NCBI RefSeq assembly: GCF_009914755.1
Contig: NC_060936.1
Strand: one strand, 5' to 3'
Source: the human T2T-CHM13v2.0 reference genome, Homo sapiens
Length of the DNA stretch: 64,000 nucleotides
Positions 14,969 through 30,125 of this stretch are shown piece by piece. A program made the translations under genes and the position numbers. The notes under the pieces were generated by a model that made no database searches, was not told the DNA's origin, and saw only the letters and a list, made by a program, of their open reading frames with translations. Within the stretch, counting starts at the first letter, position 1. Each line of letters starts with the position of its first letter.

Positions 14969-17574
14969 CCACATCCAGATGGCTTTGTTGGTGAATTCTA
15001 CCAAATGTTTACAGAATAATTAATACCAATTTTCTCAATTTCTTCCAAAAAATAGAAGAGGAGAGAGAATACTCTCTAACTCATTTTATGAGGCCAATAT
15101 TACCCTGCTATGAAAGCCCATAAATGACATCATAACAAAACTATTGATCAATATCTCTTATGAATATAGATGCAAAAATCCTCAACAAAATATTAGCACA
15201 CCAATTCCAGTAGCATATTACAAAAGTTATACACCATGACCAAGTGAAATTTGTCCCCTCCTGCCCCTGCCCTGGAATGTAGAGGTGGTTCAACATACAA
15301 AACTCAATTGAGATAATACCTAATGTTAAGAGAATCAAGGAAAAAACCCGCACGATTATCTCAGTTGATGAAGTAAAAGTATTTGACAAAATCCAACATC
15401 CTTTCATGATAAAAACACTCAATAAACTAGTACTAGAAGGGGGGGACTTCCTTAACATTATACGGGACAACTATGAAAAACCCTCAGATAACATCATACT
15501 TAATGGTGAATGACTGAAAGCTTTTCTTCTAAGATCAGGATTATGACAAGGATGCCTGCTTTCACCACATTGTACTTGAAATTCTAGCTGGAGCAACTGG
15601 GCAAGAAAAAGAAATAAATGGTATCCACACTTGGAAAGGGAATAGTAAACTGTCAGTGTTTGCAGATAACATGATCACATGAAAATCCAGGATCTTCTAG
15701 AGAATACACAAAAACATTGTATGATACAAAATCAACACACCCAAACCAATCTTATTTCTATAACCTAGCAGTGACAAATCTGAATAGAAATTAAGAAAAC
15801 AGTTCATTTACACTAGCATCAAAAAGAACAAAATACATTAGAACAAATTTAGCCAAGGAGGTGCAACTTGTACAATGAGAACTATAAAGTATTGCTGAAA
15901 GACATTAAATAAATTAAACAGAAATGCCTACTATGTGTTGGATTAAAAAACTTCATATTGTTAAAATCATCACACTTTCCAAAGTAATCTATGCATTGAA
16001 TACAATACCTCTAGAATCTGCCTTTTATTGCAAAAGCAAGCAAGCTGATCCTAAAATTCATATGGAATCGCAAGGGACCCTGAATAGCTGAAACAATATT
16101 GAAAAAGAAGAACAAGTAGAGGACTAAGCATTTCAAACTTAGTGTAAAGCTACAGGTGCTGGCATGAGGATGAATAGAGACCAATGGACTAGAATTATGA
16201 ATCCAGAAATAAACCCATACAACTATGGCCAATTGATTTTTGACAAGGGTGCCAAGATCATTCAATGAGGGAAAGAGTAGTCATTCCAACAAATGATGCT
16301 TGGACAACTGTATATCCATATGCAAAAAAGTGGATCCTCACGCCATGTACAAAAATGAACTCAAAATTAATCCAAGATGTGTGTAAAAGTTAATGCTATA
16401 AGACTTTCAGAAGAAAACCTAGGAGTAAATCTTCATGACCTTGGATTTGGCAATGAATTCTTAGACATGACACCAAATCACAAGCAACAAAACAAAAAAA
16501 TAGATAAAAATTGAACTTTATCAAAATTAAAAACTTTTGTGCACTATCAATAAAATAAAAAGACAACCCATAGAATGGAAGAAAATATTTGCAAATCATA
16601 TCTGATAAGGTTCTAGTATATTTAATATATAAAGAAATTTTAGAACTCAACAAAAAGGCATCTTTATTAATAAATAGGCAAAGGATCTGAAGAGACATTT
16701 CTCCAAATAAGATATACAAATCGCCAGTACGCACATGAAAAGATACTTAATGGCATTGGTTATTGGAAAAATGCAAATCAAAATGATAATGATATACCAA
16801 TTCATACACTTTAGGATGGCTATATAAAAACAAAAACAGAAAAAATTAAGTGTGGGCAAAGGTCTAGAGAAATTGGAACCCTCATACATTCCTGGTGGGA
16901 GTGTACAATAGTACAGTTACTGGGAAAAACAATTTAGCAGTTCGTCAAAAAGTTAAACATAGCATTACCATATTACTCAGCATTTCCACTCCTAGATATA
17001 TACCCTAAAAATTGAAAACATATATTCATACAAAGACATACACAAATATTCATAGCAGCATTATTCATAATAGCCAAAAAAGTAGAAACAACCCAGTAAT
17101 TCATTGCATTTTGTGGCTGAAAAATATCACATTGAATGAATATGCTATAATTTTTATCCATTCATCAGTAGATGAATTATCGATCCATGCTGTGACATGG
17201 TTGAACCTTGAAAACGTGCTAAGTGAAAAAAGCCAGACACAAAAGACACATATTGTATGATTCCATTTATAGTAAATATTCAAAATAGAGACAGAGCACA
17301 GATTAATGCTTACCAGGGGCTGGGGAGAAGATAGACTAGGGAGTAACTGCTTAATGAGTATGCTATCTCATTTGTGGGTGATAAAAATGTTCTGGAGTTA
17401 GACACTGATGATGACTGTACAACATTACAAATGCACTTAAAACCACTAAATTCTACACTTTAAATGATTAAAACTGTGAATTTTATGTTATGTGAATTTT
17501 ACCTCAATAGAAGAATTAGCAAAATATCTGAACAGACACCTCACCAAAGGAGATATATAGATGGCAAATCAATA

Positions 17575-17936
17575 CATATGCCCTAAACTTACAATGGGGT
17601 TACCTCTTGATAAATCTGTTGTTGAAAATACCGTGAGTAAAAAAAATGCACTTAATATACCTAACCTATTGAACATCATAGCTTAGCCCAGCCTACCTTA
17701 AATCTGCTGACAACATCTACACTAGCCTACAATTGGGAAAAATTATCTAACACAAAACCTATTTTATTATGAAGTGTTCAATATCTCATGGAATTTGTTG
17801 AATACTGTACTGAACGTGAAAAACAGAATGGCTGTATGGGAACTCCAAGTACAGTTTTCAGTGAATATGTGTCATTTTCCCACCATTGTAAAGTTGAAAA
17901 TTATAAGGCAAACCATCCTAAGTTGGGGACCATTTG
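17575..17936 (+). mobile_element. MER47A (TcMar-Tigger MITE)
   Basis: Terminal inverted repeats ('ccctaaacttacaatgg' / 'ccatcctaagttgggg'), TA TSD, ~360 bp. Confidence 0.85.
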
Positions 17937-19507
17937 TATATGGAAAGATGCCCAACATCATTTATCATTGCAAATTAAAAGAAATGAGATACCACTATGC
18001 ACTTACTAGAATGGCTAAATTTTAAAAAAATTACAATACTAACCGATGGCAAGGATGCAGAGCAAGAGGAATTCTCACTCATTGCTGGTAGGAATGCAAA
18101 ATAATGCAGCCACTTTGGAAGAAAATTGGGCAGTTTCTTACAAAGCTAAACATAGTCTTTCCATGTGATGCTGCAATCTTGCACTTAGGTATTTACCAAA
18201 CTGATCTGAAAATTATGTTCACACAAAAACCTGCAATGTTTATAGCAGGTTTATCCATAATTGTCAAAAACTGCAAGTAATTAATATGTCATTGAATAGG
18301 GGAGTGCATAGACAAACTGTATATCCATAAAATGAAATACTCTTCAGCTATAAAAAGGAATGAGCTATCAACCCCCACAAAATGGGTGAATTTTAAATGC
18401 ATGTTGCTAAGAAAAAGAAAAGCTAGTCTGAAAAAGGCAACATACTGTATAATTCAATCTGTATGACATTTTGGAAAGGGAAACCTATAGAGATGGTTAA
18501 CAGATCAGTGGTTGCCAGAAGTTTTTGGAGTGGGGAGGGCTGAATTGGTGAAAGACAGGGGATCTTTTAATGTGGTGATGATTATGCATGGCATTATAAT
18601 AGTGGATACATGACATTATGTATAGGTTAAAACCCACTCATAGAACTTTACAGCATAAACAGTGAACCTTAGTTTAGCAATTAAAAAAATCATTTTTGTG
18701 GTTGGGATCTTAGGATAGAATGCAGGCTGTGAGAAAAAAATAAACTATATTTTAGGGAATGGGGAGGGAGGAGATACTAACCTCGCTTTGGAATGAGTGG
18801 AGACTAAGACTGACAGCAAAAGAACTGTACCTGAGCATCACACTCTACTTGGTAAAGTAATTTCTCATGCTGGACTGAGTTAACATTTCTGAAGTCACTA
18901 TAAATGTATACTGGAATTATGTAAATGAATGATGGATGGGAACAAAGATTTCTGATTGTTGGAGTGGAAGGTTACAGACAGCAGGGAGGCAAAGGCTGAA
19001 ATGATCCACGTGGTCAAGGATTAATCTGTATAAACTCATATTTAGCTTAACATCCATACAGATTGATACATACGGAACTATTTATAAATATGTGTATATA
19101 AGTGGGTTAGTACCCACACATATTTTCCCTTGCTCTGTCAGCTAAGAGGGCCCAGAAGCAATTACACCCCACAAGAAATTAACACACCCAGCACCCAGAT
19201 CTTGGCTTCTAAGACTGTTCCATGAAGGAACCAGCTCCTTAGTGAAATAGATTATTCTAGAGCTGGATCTGGGACTATATAGGATGATCCTGTAGCATCC
19301 TGTAATGCCAGAAGGCAAGGAAGTGCTTATTGAAATAAAAACCACACAATGGGGTATATCAAAGGGACACTGGGGCCAACTGAAAGAGCTCCCAATGGCC
19401 AAAACTGGAACAATATGAGTCATGAAATAACATAGTACTGGATTCTAACCCAAACTATAAAATAAATATCTATGAGGCCATATCGTTATAAAGAAATGAT
19501 TGAATAA

Positions 19508-19922
<415 letters not shown>

Positions 19923-20245
19923 TGTGCATAGTTACTTCCTTTACAAAAATACAGTATGAAAAAGGGGAAAAGCGAGTAATCTCACAACGGGGAAACCTGA
20001 CAAACATTACCTCAGAGAGGTGATCAAGGTCAACACCAACAGTGATAATAATCATGTTCATAAATACATACCCTTGATATGGTGTAATGAGAATCGTACT
20101 TTACTTTCATGGTCTTTCTCCCCCAAACTCATAAATCCCTGTCCAGTCATGAGAAAAACCCCAAGGGACATTCTACAAAATACCTCACTGGTCCTCCTCA
20201 AACTGTGAAGATTGTTCAAAAGAAGCAAAGTCTGAGAAACTGTCA

Positions 20246-20750
<505 letters not shown>

Positions 20751-21640
20751 GAATGAATGTAATATTATATCCTGGAATTAAAAAAGGACATTAGGTAAAA
20801 ACTAAGGGAATCAGGATGAAGTATGGACTTTCATTAATAATAATGTATCAATATTGGTTCATTAGTTGTGACAAACGTATCATACAAATGTAAGATGTTA
20901 ACAAAAGGGGAATCTCTGTAGGGGGCATGGGGAAACTCCGTGCTATTTTTGCAACTATTCTGTAAGTCTGAAACTCTTCTAAAGCAAAAAAGTTTTTATT
21001 TAAGAAAGCTATTGAGTTTACTTACCACATAAGGATGCATTCACAGGTGATGCGGGCAGATGAGATCTTCCAGCTGTCTCTTTGTGGACCTAGGCATTAG
21101 TAGCTCACGTGTGATAGTGCCCAGAAGAGGCTCCACAGTGGTGAGTGCTCTGGGAGCCCTGCTCTCAGCAGCTATGGTAGACTTTATTAGCAATAATTTA
21201 CCAGACACAAACAGGAAGCAACTGTGACCTTAGACATGTTCACAATGGCATCCATGTGACTTCTGGGTATAGCTGGTCAGTTCTCCTTTGCTTTCTCTCT
21301 AGCCATATCTCCTAATACTCTTCCCTTGATCACTCCACTCCAGCCATACTAGATTTCTTTCAGTTCCTCATAGCTGTCATATCATTTCTCATCTTGGGTC
21401 TCTTTCTCTGTCTTTTTCTTTTCCTTCCCTCTGATTTCCTTCCTCTCTTCTTTTCCCACTCTCCTCCCTCTCTCTTCTCTTGCTCTCTCATCTGTCTCTC
21501 CCTCTTTCACTTCCTCCTGTGGCCTACCTGCCTTTCTGACAATTACTCATATTGGCAGAATAATATAGGTGAGGTAGTAGGAATGCAGTAGGGTAAGAAG
21601 GCAAGGGATGAGTGAGAGCAGACCTGCTACCTCTTTTAGT

Positions 21641-21751
21641 TAGGATTGCAGTGTGTAGCAAATAAAAATATAAAACCCGTAGCCAAATTTGCATTTCAGA
21701 GAAACAATGAATCATTTCTTAGTACAAGTATAACCCGAATATTGCAAATTA
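21641..21751 (+). mobile_element. MER53 (hAT) left half
   Basis: 'tagcaaataaaaata...aaatttgcatttcagagaaacaatgaat...tagtacaagtat'. Confidence 0.65.
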
Positions 21752-21752
21752 T

Positions 21753-22283
21753 ACAGGGATACCTCATTTAATTGCATTTCATCTTATTGCACTTTGTAGT
21801 TATTATATATATATTTGCAAAATGAAATTTTGTGGTAACCCTGCTTCGAGCAAGTCTATTGGTGCCATTTACCAACAGCATGTGCTCACTTTGTGTCTCT
21901 GTGTCTCATTGTGGTAATTCTTGCAATATTTTCAACTTTTTAATTATTATTATGTCTATTATGGTAATCTGTGATTAGTCATCTTTGATATTACTATTGT
22001 AATTGTTTTGACGTGCTACAAACGATGCCTATATAAAAGGGAAATTAAGTGATGAATATTGTGGGGGTTCTGACTTCTCTACTGACCCGCTGTTCCCTCA
22101 TCTCTCTCCTTCTTCTGAGACCTCTCTGTTACCTGAGACACACTATTGAAATTAGGCCAATTAATATCACTACGATGGCATTTCTAAGTATTCAAGTGAA
22201 AGGAAGACTCACATGTCTCTTGCTTTAAATGAAAAACCAGAAATGATGAAGCTTAGTGAGGAAAGCATGTCAAAAACCAAGAG
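21753..22283 (+). mobile_element. Tigger1 5' fragment
   Basis: Starts after TA with caggg-atacctc. Contains 'ggtaaccctgcttcgagcaagtctattggtgccattt' and 'aagcttagtgaggaaagcatgtc'. Confidence 0.85.
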
Positions 22284-22539
22284 CCAACCTTTTCCATCCA
22301 CTATTGCCTACCCAATGACATCACTCTAGCAACTTTCCTCCTCCTTCTCCCACACTGATAATTTCTTTCTCTCTCTTCTGTATGTTTCTCATGTTTCTAA
22401 TATAAGCATGACATTATTTCTCCAATCGTGAAAACAAACAACCAAACCAAATCAAACAGAAGTTTCTCTCCTCTCCTTCACTCTTGAACCCTCTCTAATC
22501 AGCCTTTCACCTTCACCATGCCACTAAAGCTGCCCTTAT

Positions 22540-22893
22540 CGGGGTCATAAAAAGCCTTATGGAGGTTTAATTGACTCACGGTTCTGCAGGCTGTACAGGA
22601 AGCATGGAAGCATCTGCTTCTGGGGAGGCCTCAGGGAGCTTTTACCCAGGGCGGAAGGCAAAACGGGAGCAGGCACTTCACATGGCAAAAGCAGGAGCCA
22701 GCAAATGAGGGGGGAAGATACTAAACACTTTTAAATGACAAGATCTCAAGAGAGGTCACTCACTATCACAACGACAGTACCAAGGGGGAAATCCACCCTT
22801 ATAATTGAGTCATCTCCCAAGAGGCCCTACCTCTAACATTGTGGATGACATTTCGACATGAGATTTGGGTGGAGACAACATCCAAACTATATT
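22540..22893 (-). mobile_element. MST (MSTB-like) MaLR LTR, partial
   Basis: 'ggttctgcaggctgtacaggaagcatgg...catgagatttgggtggagacaacatccaaactatatta'. Confidence 0.85.
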
Positions 22894-22894
22894 A

Positions 22895-23230
22895 AACCTC
22901 CTAACTGAACTCTCTGCTTTCACATTCCGCCCCGCACCCACGCCCAGCCTAGACTCAGCACAGCAGAGTGACGCTATTAACCTACAAGTTGAATTGTGTT
23001 ATTTCCGTATTCAAAACCCTGCAATAGCTCCCTATTACCCTCAAAGTAAAAGCCAAAAATCTTATAATGGCCCAAAAGGCTCTACACGAACTCCCACCCC
23101 GATTTGCCTTCTGACGTCATCTCACAATACTCTCTCCTTTTTTTCTGAGGGTCCAGCCACATGGCCCCGCTGCTGTTTCTTGAATATGCCAGGCATATTC
23201 ACTTGCCTGGAATGCTTTCCCGTGGATATT
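22895..23230 (+). mobile_element. L2 fragment
   Basis: 'tcaaaaccctgcaatagctccc...agtaaaagccaaa...ccagccaca...gcctggaatgctttcc'. Confidence 0.7.
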
Positions 23231-23589
23231 TTCAGGGGAAATAGATACCGCATTCACTCAAAGTGAAAAAGCAAAATAAATGCTTATTTTCCCCCTTTAT
23301 TCACAAGTTTTCAGAATAATGAGCTGGTGCCATAGTAGCTTCCAAAAAATGTGAAGTGAATTTTTTAAAAATAAGAGAATTAAAATACACCCTTGATTTT
23401 TAATACATTTTATGTGTTTAAACTATGGTAGCCATTATTGTTTTTGATGCTGAGATTGTCATTTTTGGCCAGTATGAGCCCTCTCAAATGCTATTCTAAA
23501 TCCTTTTGACATGACTTTTGATGGATTTTTTTTTGTGTTCCCAATTTGAAATTTGAATTAAAACCTATCTGCTATCTTTGTCCTATAAC

Positions 23590-24205
23590 ATGGACTATGA
23601 AATCAGAGCTCTCTGAATTTAATTCCAGTTTTTACAGTATCAACCCGTGAAACTCTGAGAAAGTTATTTAACTTCTTAGAGTTCAGGGTTCTAATTTATA
23701 CAGTGAGAATGATAATACTTATTCAGTGGATGATATTGTTTGGTTGTGTCTCCACCCAAAATCTAACCTTGAATTGTAATCCCCGTAATCTCCACAATCC
23801 CCATGTATCAAGGGCAGGACCAGGTGGAGGTAATTGGATCATGGGGGAGGTTTCCCCCATGTTGTTCTCATGACAGTGCATGAGTCTCATGAGATCTGAT
23901 GGATTTATAAGCATCTGGCATTTCCCCTGCTTCCCCTGCTCACTTTGTCCTGACACCCTGTGAAAAAGGTCCTTGCTTCTCCTTTTCTTTCCACCATGAC
24001 TGTAAGTTTCCTGAGGCCTCCCCAGCAATGTGGAGCTGTGAGTCAATTATACCTGTTTACTTTATAAATTACCCAGTCTCAGGTATTTCTTCATAGCAGT
24101 GTGAGAACAGACTAATATAGTGGAGTTCTTCGAGAATTAAATGAGATGCAGTATATAGGGCACCAGGTGCAGAATTGATACTTGAAAATTGTAGTGTTTA
24201 TTATT
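23590..24205 (+). mobile_element. MIR split by the THE1 LTR
   Basis: MIR core-like 'aagttatttaacttctt...gataatactt' and 'gagaattaaatgagatg'. Confidence 0.6.
23731..24119 (+). mobile_element. THE1 (C/D-like) MaLR solo LTR
   Basis: TGATAT.GTTTGG start, 'gactaatata' end, perfect 5-bp TSD gtgga. Confidence 0.92.
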
Positions 24206-24299
24206 AAAATTGGAGTCAAAACCTTGTTATCATGCAAAAGTAGCCAGTTGCTTCATTGTTACACTTTAGAAGACGATGTTGTTAGAAGCATAAATCTAA

Positions 24300-24590
24300 T
24301 AATAATTTATATTTATTGTGTGCTTATGTGCAAAATGCCATGTTAAACATTATTGTTGTACTTCAGTTAGTCCTCTAAACAATCCTATAAGGCAGCATTA
24401 ATATTAATATATATGTTTACTTACATGTGACATGTGAATACAATTTAATTCATTATAATATTATTCCTATATTATAAATTATGAGTCTGTGGCTTAGAGA
24501 GGTTAACTCATTCATTCGAGTAAACTAGGAAGTGGCAGAATTCAGAATAAAACCCTCTGACCCCAAAGTTTGAACACTTAACACTTCTGC
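24300..24590 (-). mobile_element. MIR
   Basis: 'aacaatcctataagg', 'ggcttagagaggttaa', 'ctaggaagtggcagaa'. Confidence 0.6.
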
Positions 24591-25414
24591 TATTATTTAT
24601 TTTCTCTGTTTAGGTGTGTTATATTGTTTTGAAATAATAGCCTGGATAAAATGCTCTTCTAAGAACTCTCAAATTCCTATAGATTATCTTGGCAATTATC
24701 ATTTATTTACTTTATCTGACTGCTTTTTTTCCCAAAGACAATACTGCATTTTAAGCAATAGCCACCAACTGGAGCCAGAAACCAAGAACTTCATTGACAG
24801 CTTCTTGCAGGGAAGGAGAATTTATGTGAATAATTTAATGCAGGGAGAGGCAAAGACAGAAAGAACAAGAAGAGTGGCCCAGTCTTCTCTATTTTAAACC
24901 TTTATTCATATATCTTTCCTATTTTTAAATTTTTCTCTCTTTACTTTTTTCAGTGTGTTATTTCTGTTCATACAGTTAAAATGTTTAAGTTTTCATGTTA
25001 AGAATTTCCTCTGAAAATAATGGTTTTAAAAGCCATTTGCAGCCTTTTACATCGGATGGAGTTTAGGTGTTCTGAAAGTCTTAATCACATCCTGGTCATT
25101 GCTCTTAGTATAGCATTGGATATGCTATGGACATTGTTGTTTCTTTATGGCTAAAAATCTCAGAAAGTCTTTGTGTTTTATAGACTTCAATATAACATCA
25201 TTTAAAAAATATTTTAGGAGAGTAAGTCCTATAGAAGGACATTGATGAGCTAATTGTTGTGTGAGAAATTTGACAGTGTTAAGAGAAAAACATACAAAAA
25301 TCTTAGGAACTTATCCCAAATTTACGCTATGCAACTATTTTATAACAATGGATTGTTATTAAAAAATCCCATCTATGTCTGTTACAAAGATCTAAGCTGC
25401 TGTTAAAGCACCCT

Positions 25415-25502
25415 TGATCTTGAGCTTGTGACCTCAAGTGGTCCTTCCACCTTGGCCTCCCAAAATGCTGGGATTACAGGTGGTGAGCCACCACTGCTGG
25501 CC
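25415..25502 (-). mobile_element. Alu fragment
   Basis: 'cctcaagtggtcc...gctgggattacagg'. Confidence 0.8.
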
Positions 25503-26675
25503 AGACCACTCTTGTAGAAAATCTGTCTATGCTAAAACAAAAATGTGAAAGATAAAAATCAATTATAGTTTCCATTGAGGTTCACTTCGCTGAAGTCTTA
25601 AACTCAAAGTTTAATTTGGACCTCATAATTGCTAAGACGTTTACAAACTGAGAATGAGCTCTGAGTAGTGGAAATACTACCCCATATCAACTTCAAGCAG
25701 TATCATGAAGTTATTTTCATTTTGCAATGTACTTTCTTTAAAAAAAATAGCTTCAAGGTTTTCCCCTTTCCTGCAGTGAAAATATTTTCTCATATAACTT
25801 CTCAAAGCTGAAATAATAGAATATCTTCTGACATAATTTTATACGAACACTTATGGAGCCTTATTGTCTTTGGAAAATTATGATGATTTTCTCCCTTTAA
25901 TAACTCTGATCATGCCAGTAAATGTTAATCCAATGGAAAAGTATGGCAAGGAGCCCAGAGGTGTCTGGGCAGAAGCATTATTACTTCGGGGGGATTAGGA
26001 AGAGACTTATTGAATTAGAGAGCTCCCCAGCCATTTCTACCTATGATTTTGCATAATGATGCCCATCAATCTCAAACTACTTCTCTTTGCTCCCTGTCCA
26101 TAATCTGTCAGGTGCTAAATTGTATGTTTAAAGATGCTAGTGGAAAGCAAAAGTAAATCTACCTGCAAGATCCTCTGGGTTATGAGTGATGCCAGCTGGC
26201 AAAGTCTCATTACCCTCGGAAGTGTTCTGATGTCTCACAGACACAGGCTCTTTGTGTCTCATGACTACATTCTGTGTATGGCTTCAGCTTCCTTTTCTCT
26301 ACTTCTTTGATCACAGCCTGTCTGCTCCCCTCTGCCATTGTCCCAGCATTCTACCACTAACCAGTTCTTCCTCTTCCTGGACACTCTTTAAGCTCTCAAC
26401 ACTTATGCCTCACCACTGGTATCCCTACCTTAGAATTCTCCTCTCATTCAGTTCCTCCCACCCATTGATGCCATTCTCTAGAATGTGCTGCTTTTATCTT
26501 GGCACCAACTTTGAAGGCTCCCCAAGGACTAATGGATTAAATACAAGATCTTCAGTTAGGGCCTTCACAATGTAAACTCATTCTCTATGAGGCTCCAGAA
26601 TGAATTCTTTACTTCATCCAATCAGGTCCCCTCAAAGTCTGTGATGAATTCAAGGGCACGCGTCTTACAGGGAAA

Positions 26676-27011
26676 AGGTTAGCAAATTTTTTCTATCAAG
26701 GGCCAGAGAGAAAATCTTTTGGGTTTTGTAGATCCTGTGGTCTCCGCTGCAGCTATTCAGTTCTGACACTGTGATACTAAAGCATCTGTAGACAATGTAT
26801 AAACAAATCAGTTTGGCTGTGTCCCAGTAAAACCTTATTTATGGACTTGGACATTTCAATTTCATATAATTTTCATGCATCATGAAGTTTTATTCTTCTT
26901 TTGATTTTCTTCAATGACTTAAAATTGTAAATAGCAGTCTTAGCTCACGGACCATACAAAAATGGGAGGCAGGCTGGGTTTGACCCACAGGCCACACTTT
27001 GCCACTCTCTG
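26676..27011 (+). mobile_element. MER58B (hAT-Charlie)
   Basis: 'gcaaattttttctatcaagggccagagag' through 'cacaggccacactttgccactctctg'. Confidence 0.8.
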
Positions 27012-28520
27012 TTCTAGGAGATCACTGGTCATGAGCTTTTGACTTGCTCTTGACTTGCCCTGACTTGCCACAGGGTGGCAAGAGCAGGCCCTCCTCTTCC
27101 CGTGATGGCATCCTTTGTCATGTGAGGTGCAGATCTGCCCAGCATCTGAGTCTCTAATTACCTACTTAGAAGAAGTTCCCCCGACTAACCCCACGGCCAC
27201 GAGAAGGTGGAATACCATTCCCTGTGGCTGGAGCACTGGGCAAGGAGCAGATGGGGCCCTTTGGAGAAAAGGCAAGTCCAAACTATTAACAACATGCATG
27301 ACCTCCTCCTCCCACTAAGTCCCACTGGAGTCCTTCTGGGAACTAAAACCTCACAGCTAAATAGTCTCCTTTTAGTATTAGGTGGAGGCACCTGACCTGC
27401 AGATAAAGGTCACTGACACACACATTCCCTGGCAAGTCTTCAGATAGTGTTGGTAGTCGTGTCATTTGATAGGGACTCTGAACCTGCAGCTTAATGCTTC
27501 TATGGAGCCAGAGAGGTTTCCTGTCTGTCCACTGCTAAAGGGAGGCACTATTCACCTTCAGCTTCCTCCGTAAATTCCAGACCTAGAAGACAGCCCTCTG
27601 TGCCTTGCCTGAAAACCAGATACAAACACTTCTAAATCAGGAAGATTGGCGTGTCTCCAAGTTGCCTGAGAATTTCTTCAGGAGTGCTAGCAGGGGAAGG
27701 GACAATGTTGGAGGTGATGGGAAGAGAGTGTGCTGAGTTCGCCTTTTCAATTTTATCTTTTCTCCTGCAGTTGGATTGTTACCAATGAGACCTGGGAGGA
27801 AGCCAGGAGGCAAAGGCCCGGAACTCAGTGCTGAAGTTGCATGGCTGTCAATGGCCACTAGAGGATGCCAGAGCCCGAGATTGGGGAGCCCAAAAAGGCA
27901 CCATCTCCTCCAACCGCCTGGAGAATTACTGGCAGCTAAGAAGTGAAAGCAATAGACAGGGTGGCAATAGACCATAAGGAAGTACTGTTCTGCCTGACCA
28001 TGTGGAGGGGGACAAGCAGGATCTCAAAGTATCCAGAGCCTTAAGGCACAATGGACCAAGTAACTTCTTACTTTATCTAAGGGCAATGACTGAGGCAGGT
28101 AACTCATGGATCCGGGCTAGGAGTGAGAAGTGCTTTATGACTGCAGTGAAACACACAAATAAACTCCCTACCTCCATGAATTCTACATTAAAATCATTAA
28201 ATAAATAACAGGAAGTGCTGGAGAGTAAAATAAAGAATAAGAAGTGGGGTAGGGTATAGGGGCTTGAACAGTAGCCAAGACCATGTTCAGATGACAGCAG
28301 GTCAGAAAACAAAGGAAGGTAAAAAAAAATGCTCCTTCTCAGCCCGCAGTGAAGAGCAGCGAGCTTAGCCACAGAGGTCTTGCCCACTGTGCTGTCTGCT
28401 TCTCCCAATGATAACCACCCCAATCTGCTTTTAGGAATTCTTCAAAGTAAAGAAAGTATGTGGAATCCAGAGGAAGATGGTCATTTGTTTAGGAAAACAA
28501 AATTATAAAATTGGTCTTGT

Positions 28521-28864
<344 letters not shown>

Positions 28865-29959
28865 TTAAAATCCAAGAAAATTTAAGTCAACATGGGTGAA
28901 TTGGTTGAGTGCAGAGGGCAGTAAAATGTTGTTATGATTCTTAAGATTGTTTAGTGGATACAGATTCTGACTCATGCTAGACATTGTTAGAGCTGATCTT
29001 AAAAATATGAATGTTAAAATAATAAGGGAAACCACTAACAACAGGAATACACTGTATAATTTTTCAGCTGTTTGAGAAAAACACTAGTCCTAAAGGACTC
29101 GTGGGAAGGATGATGGCCCCCACCTCATTGGAGCCCAGGACTGAAGGAAGTGTCGAAAGCAGCCAGCTGATATCAAGGGATCAACAGTGGGACATTTCCA
29201 CTGTGGGTATCTCTGAGAAACCCACAGCATTGAAGAGTCAGCTTGGAACATCTAGATCGCGATACTACCAGTAGACAATACCAAGTCCCTTTTCTACAGA
29301 CCTAGCCCTGAAGCAAGAAAGTGAGCAAATGAGGGAGAAGTTGACCACGTCTCTATGACCTATTGCAGACTTTCATGACTAGAGCTGACCCAAGCCTGCA
29401 GAAGGAAAAAACTAAGTAAGATGGAGTTTGGAGTTCTCATTATCACACTGGATTGGGTCTCTAAATGTCAAAAACAAAAAGACAGTTTATGTGTTACCTA
29501 CAAGTGATCTAAAGAACTGTGAGACTTGTCCAAGATTTCACCCAAGGGTAAGGAATGGTCTGTTTGATGGAGCAAGTTCACTGAGGAGTGGTGACATAGT
29601 ATAAATGTGTTTTATAATTGTATTCTACTAAGCTCAGCCCATTCAGTATAATTGTTGCATTAAAATCAGATGAATTTTGAAACAAGATGAAAGTATTAAA
29701 TAACACCAAGAGGGATTTTTACATTAATGAACTAATGACCTTTATAACAATGTTACTCCTTCCTTTGTCCTTCCCTGCTAGCTCTCCTTCAGTCCACTAA
29801 GGAGATTTTCCTTTCTCTCGCCTCCTTGAGCTTCCTATTTGCCTCATACTCTACTCATTCTACAAACATAATATGAACTCCACCTCCCCTTGTCTCTCTT
29901 GTGGTCAGAAGCCCTTCTCTCCCTACATGTCCTTTACCCATAAGAATTAAAGGGTGGCT

Positions 29960-30125
29960 TCATCAATGCGCTGCTGTGTGGCCTTGAGGAAGTTACCTAC
30001 CTTCACTGGATTTCAACTGATCATCTGTTAAGTGCAGAGAAAATTTTCCCCTTTGAAGATTAGATAAAATAATGCTTGTAAATTGAGTAAACTGGCATAT
30101 GGCACATAATAATAAATGGTATTAA
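29960..30125 (+). mobile_element. MIR
   Basis: 'gctgtgtggccttgaggaagttacct...catctgt...gaagattagataaaataatgc'. Confidence 0.65.

Noticed and set aside
29090-29600. Possible ancient LTR fragment (also 43220-43860)
   Set aside because: Composition is suggestive, but I could not identify termini, TSD or family.
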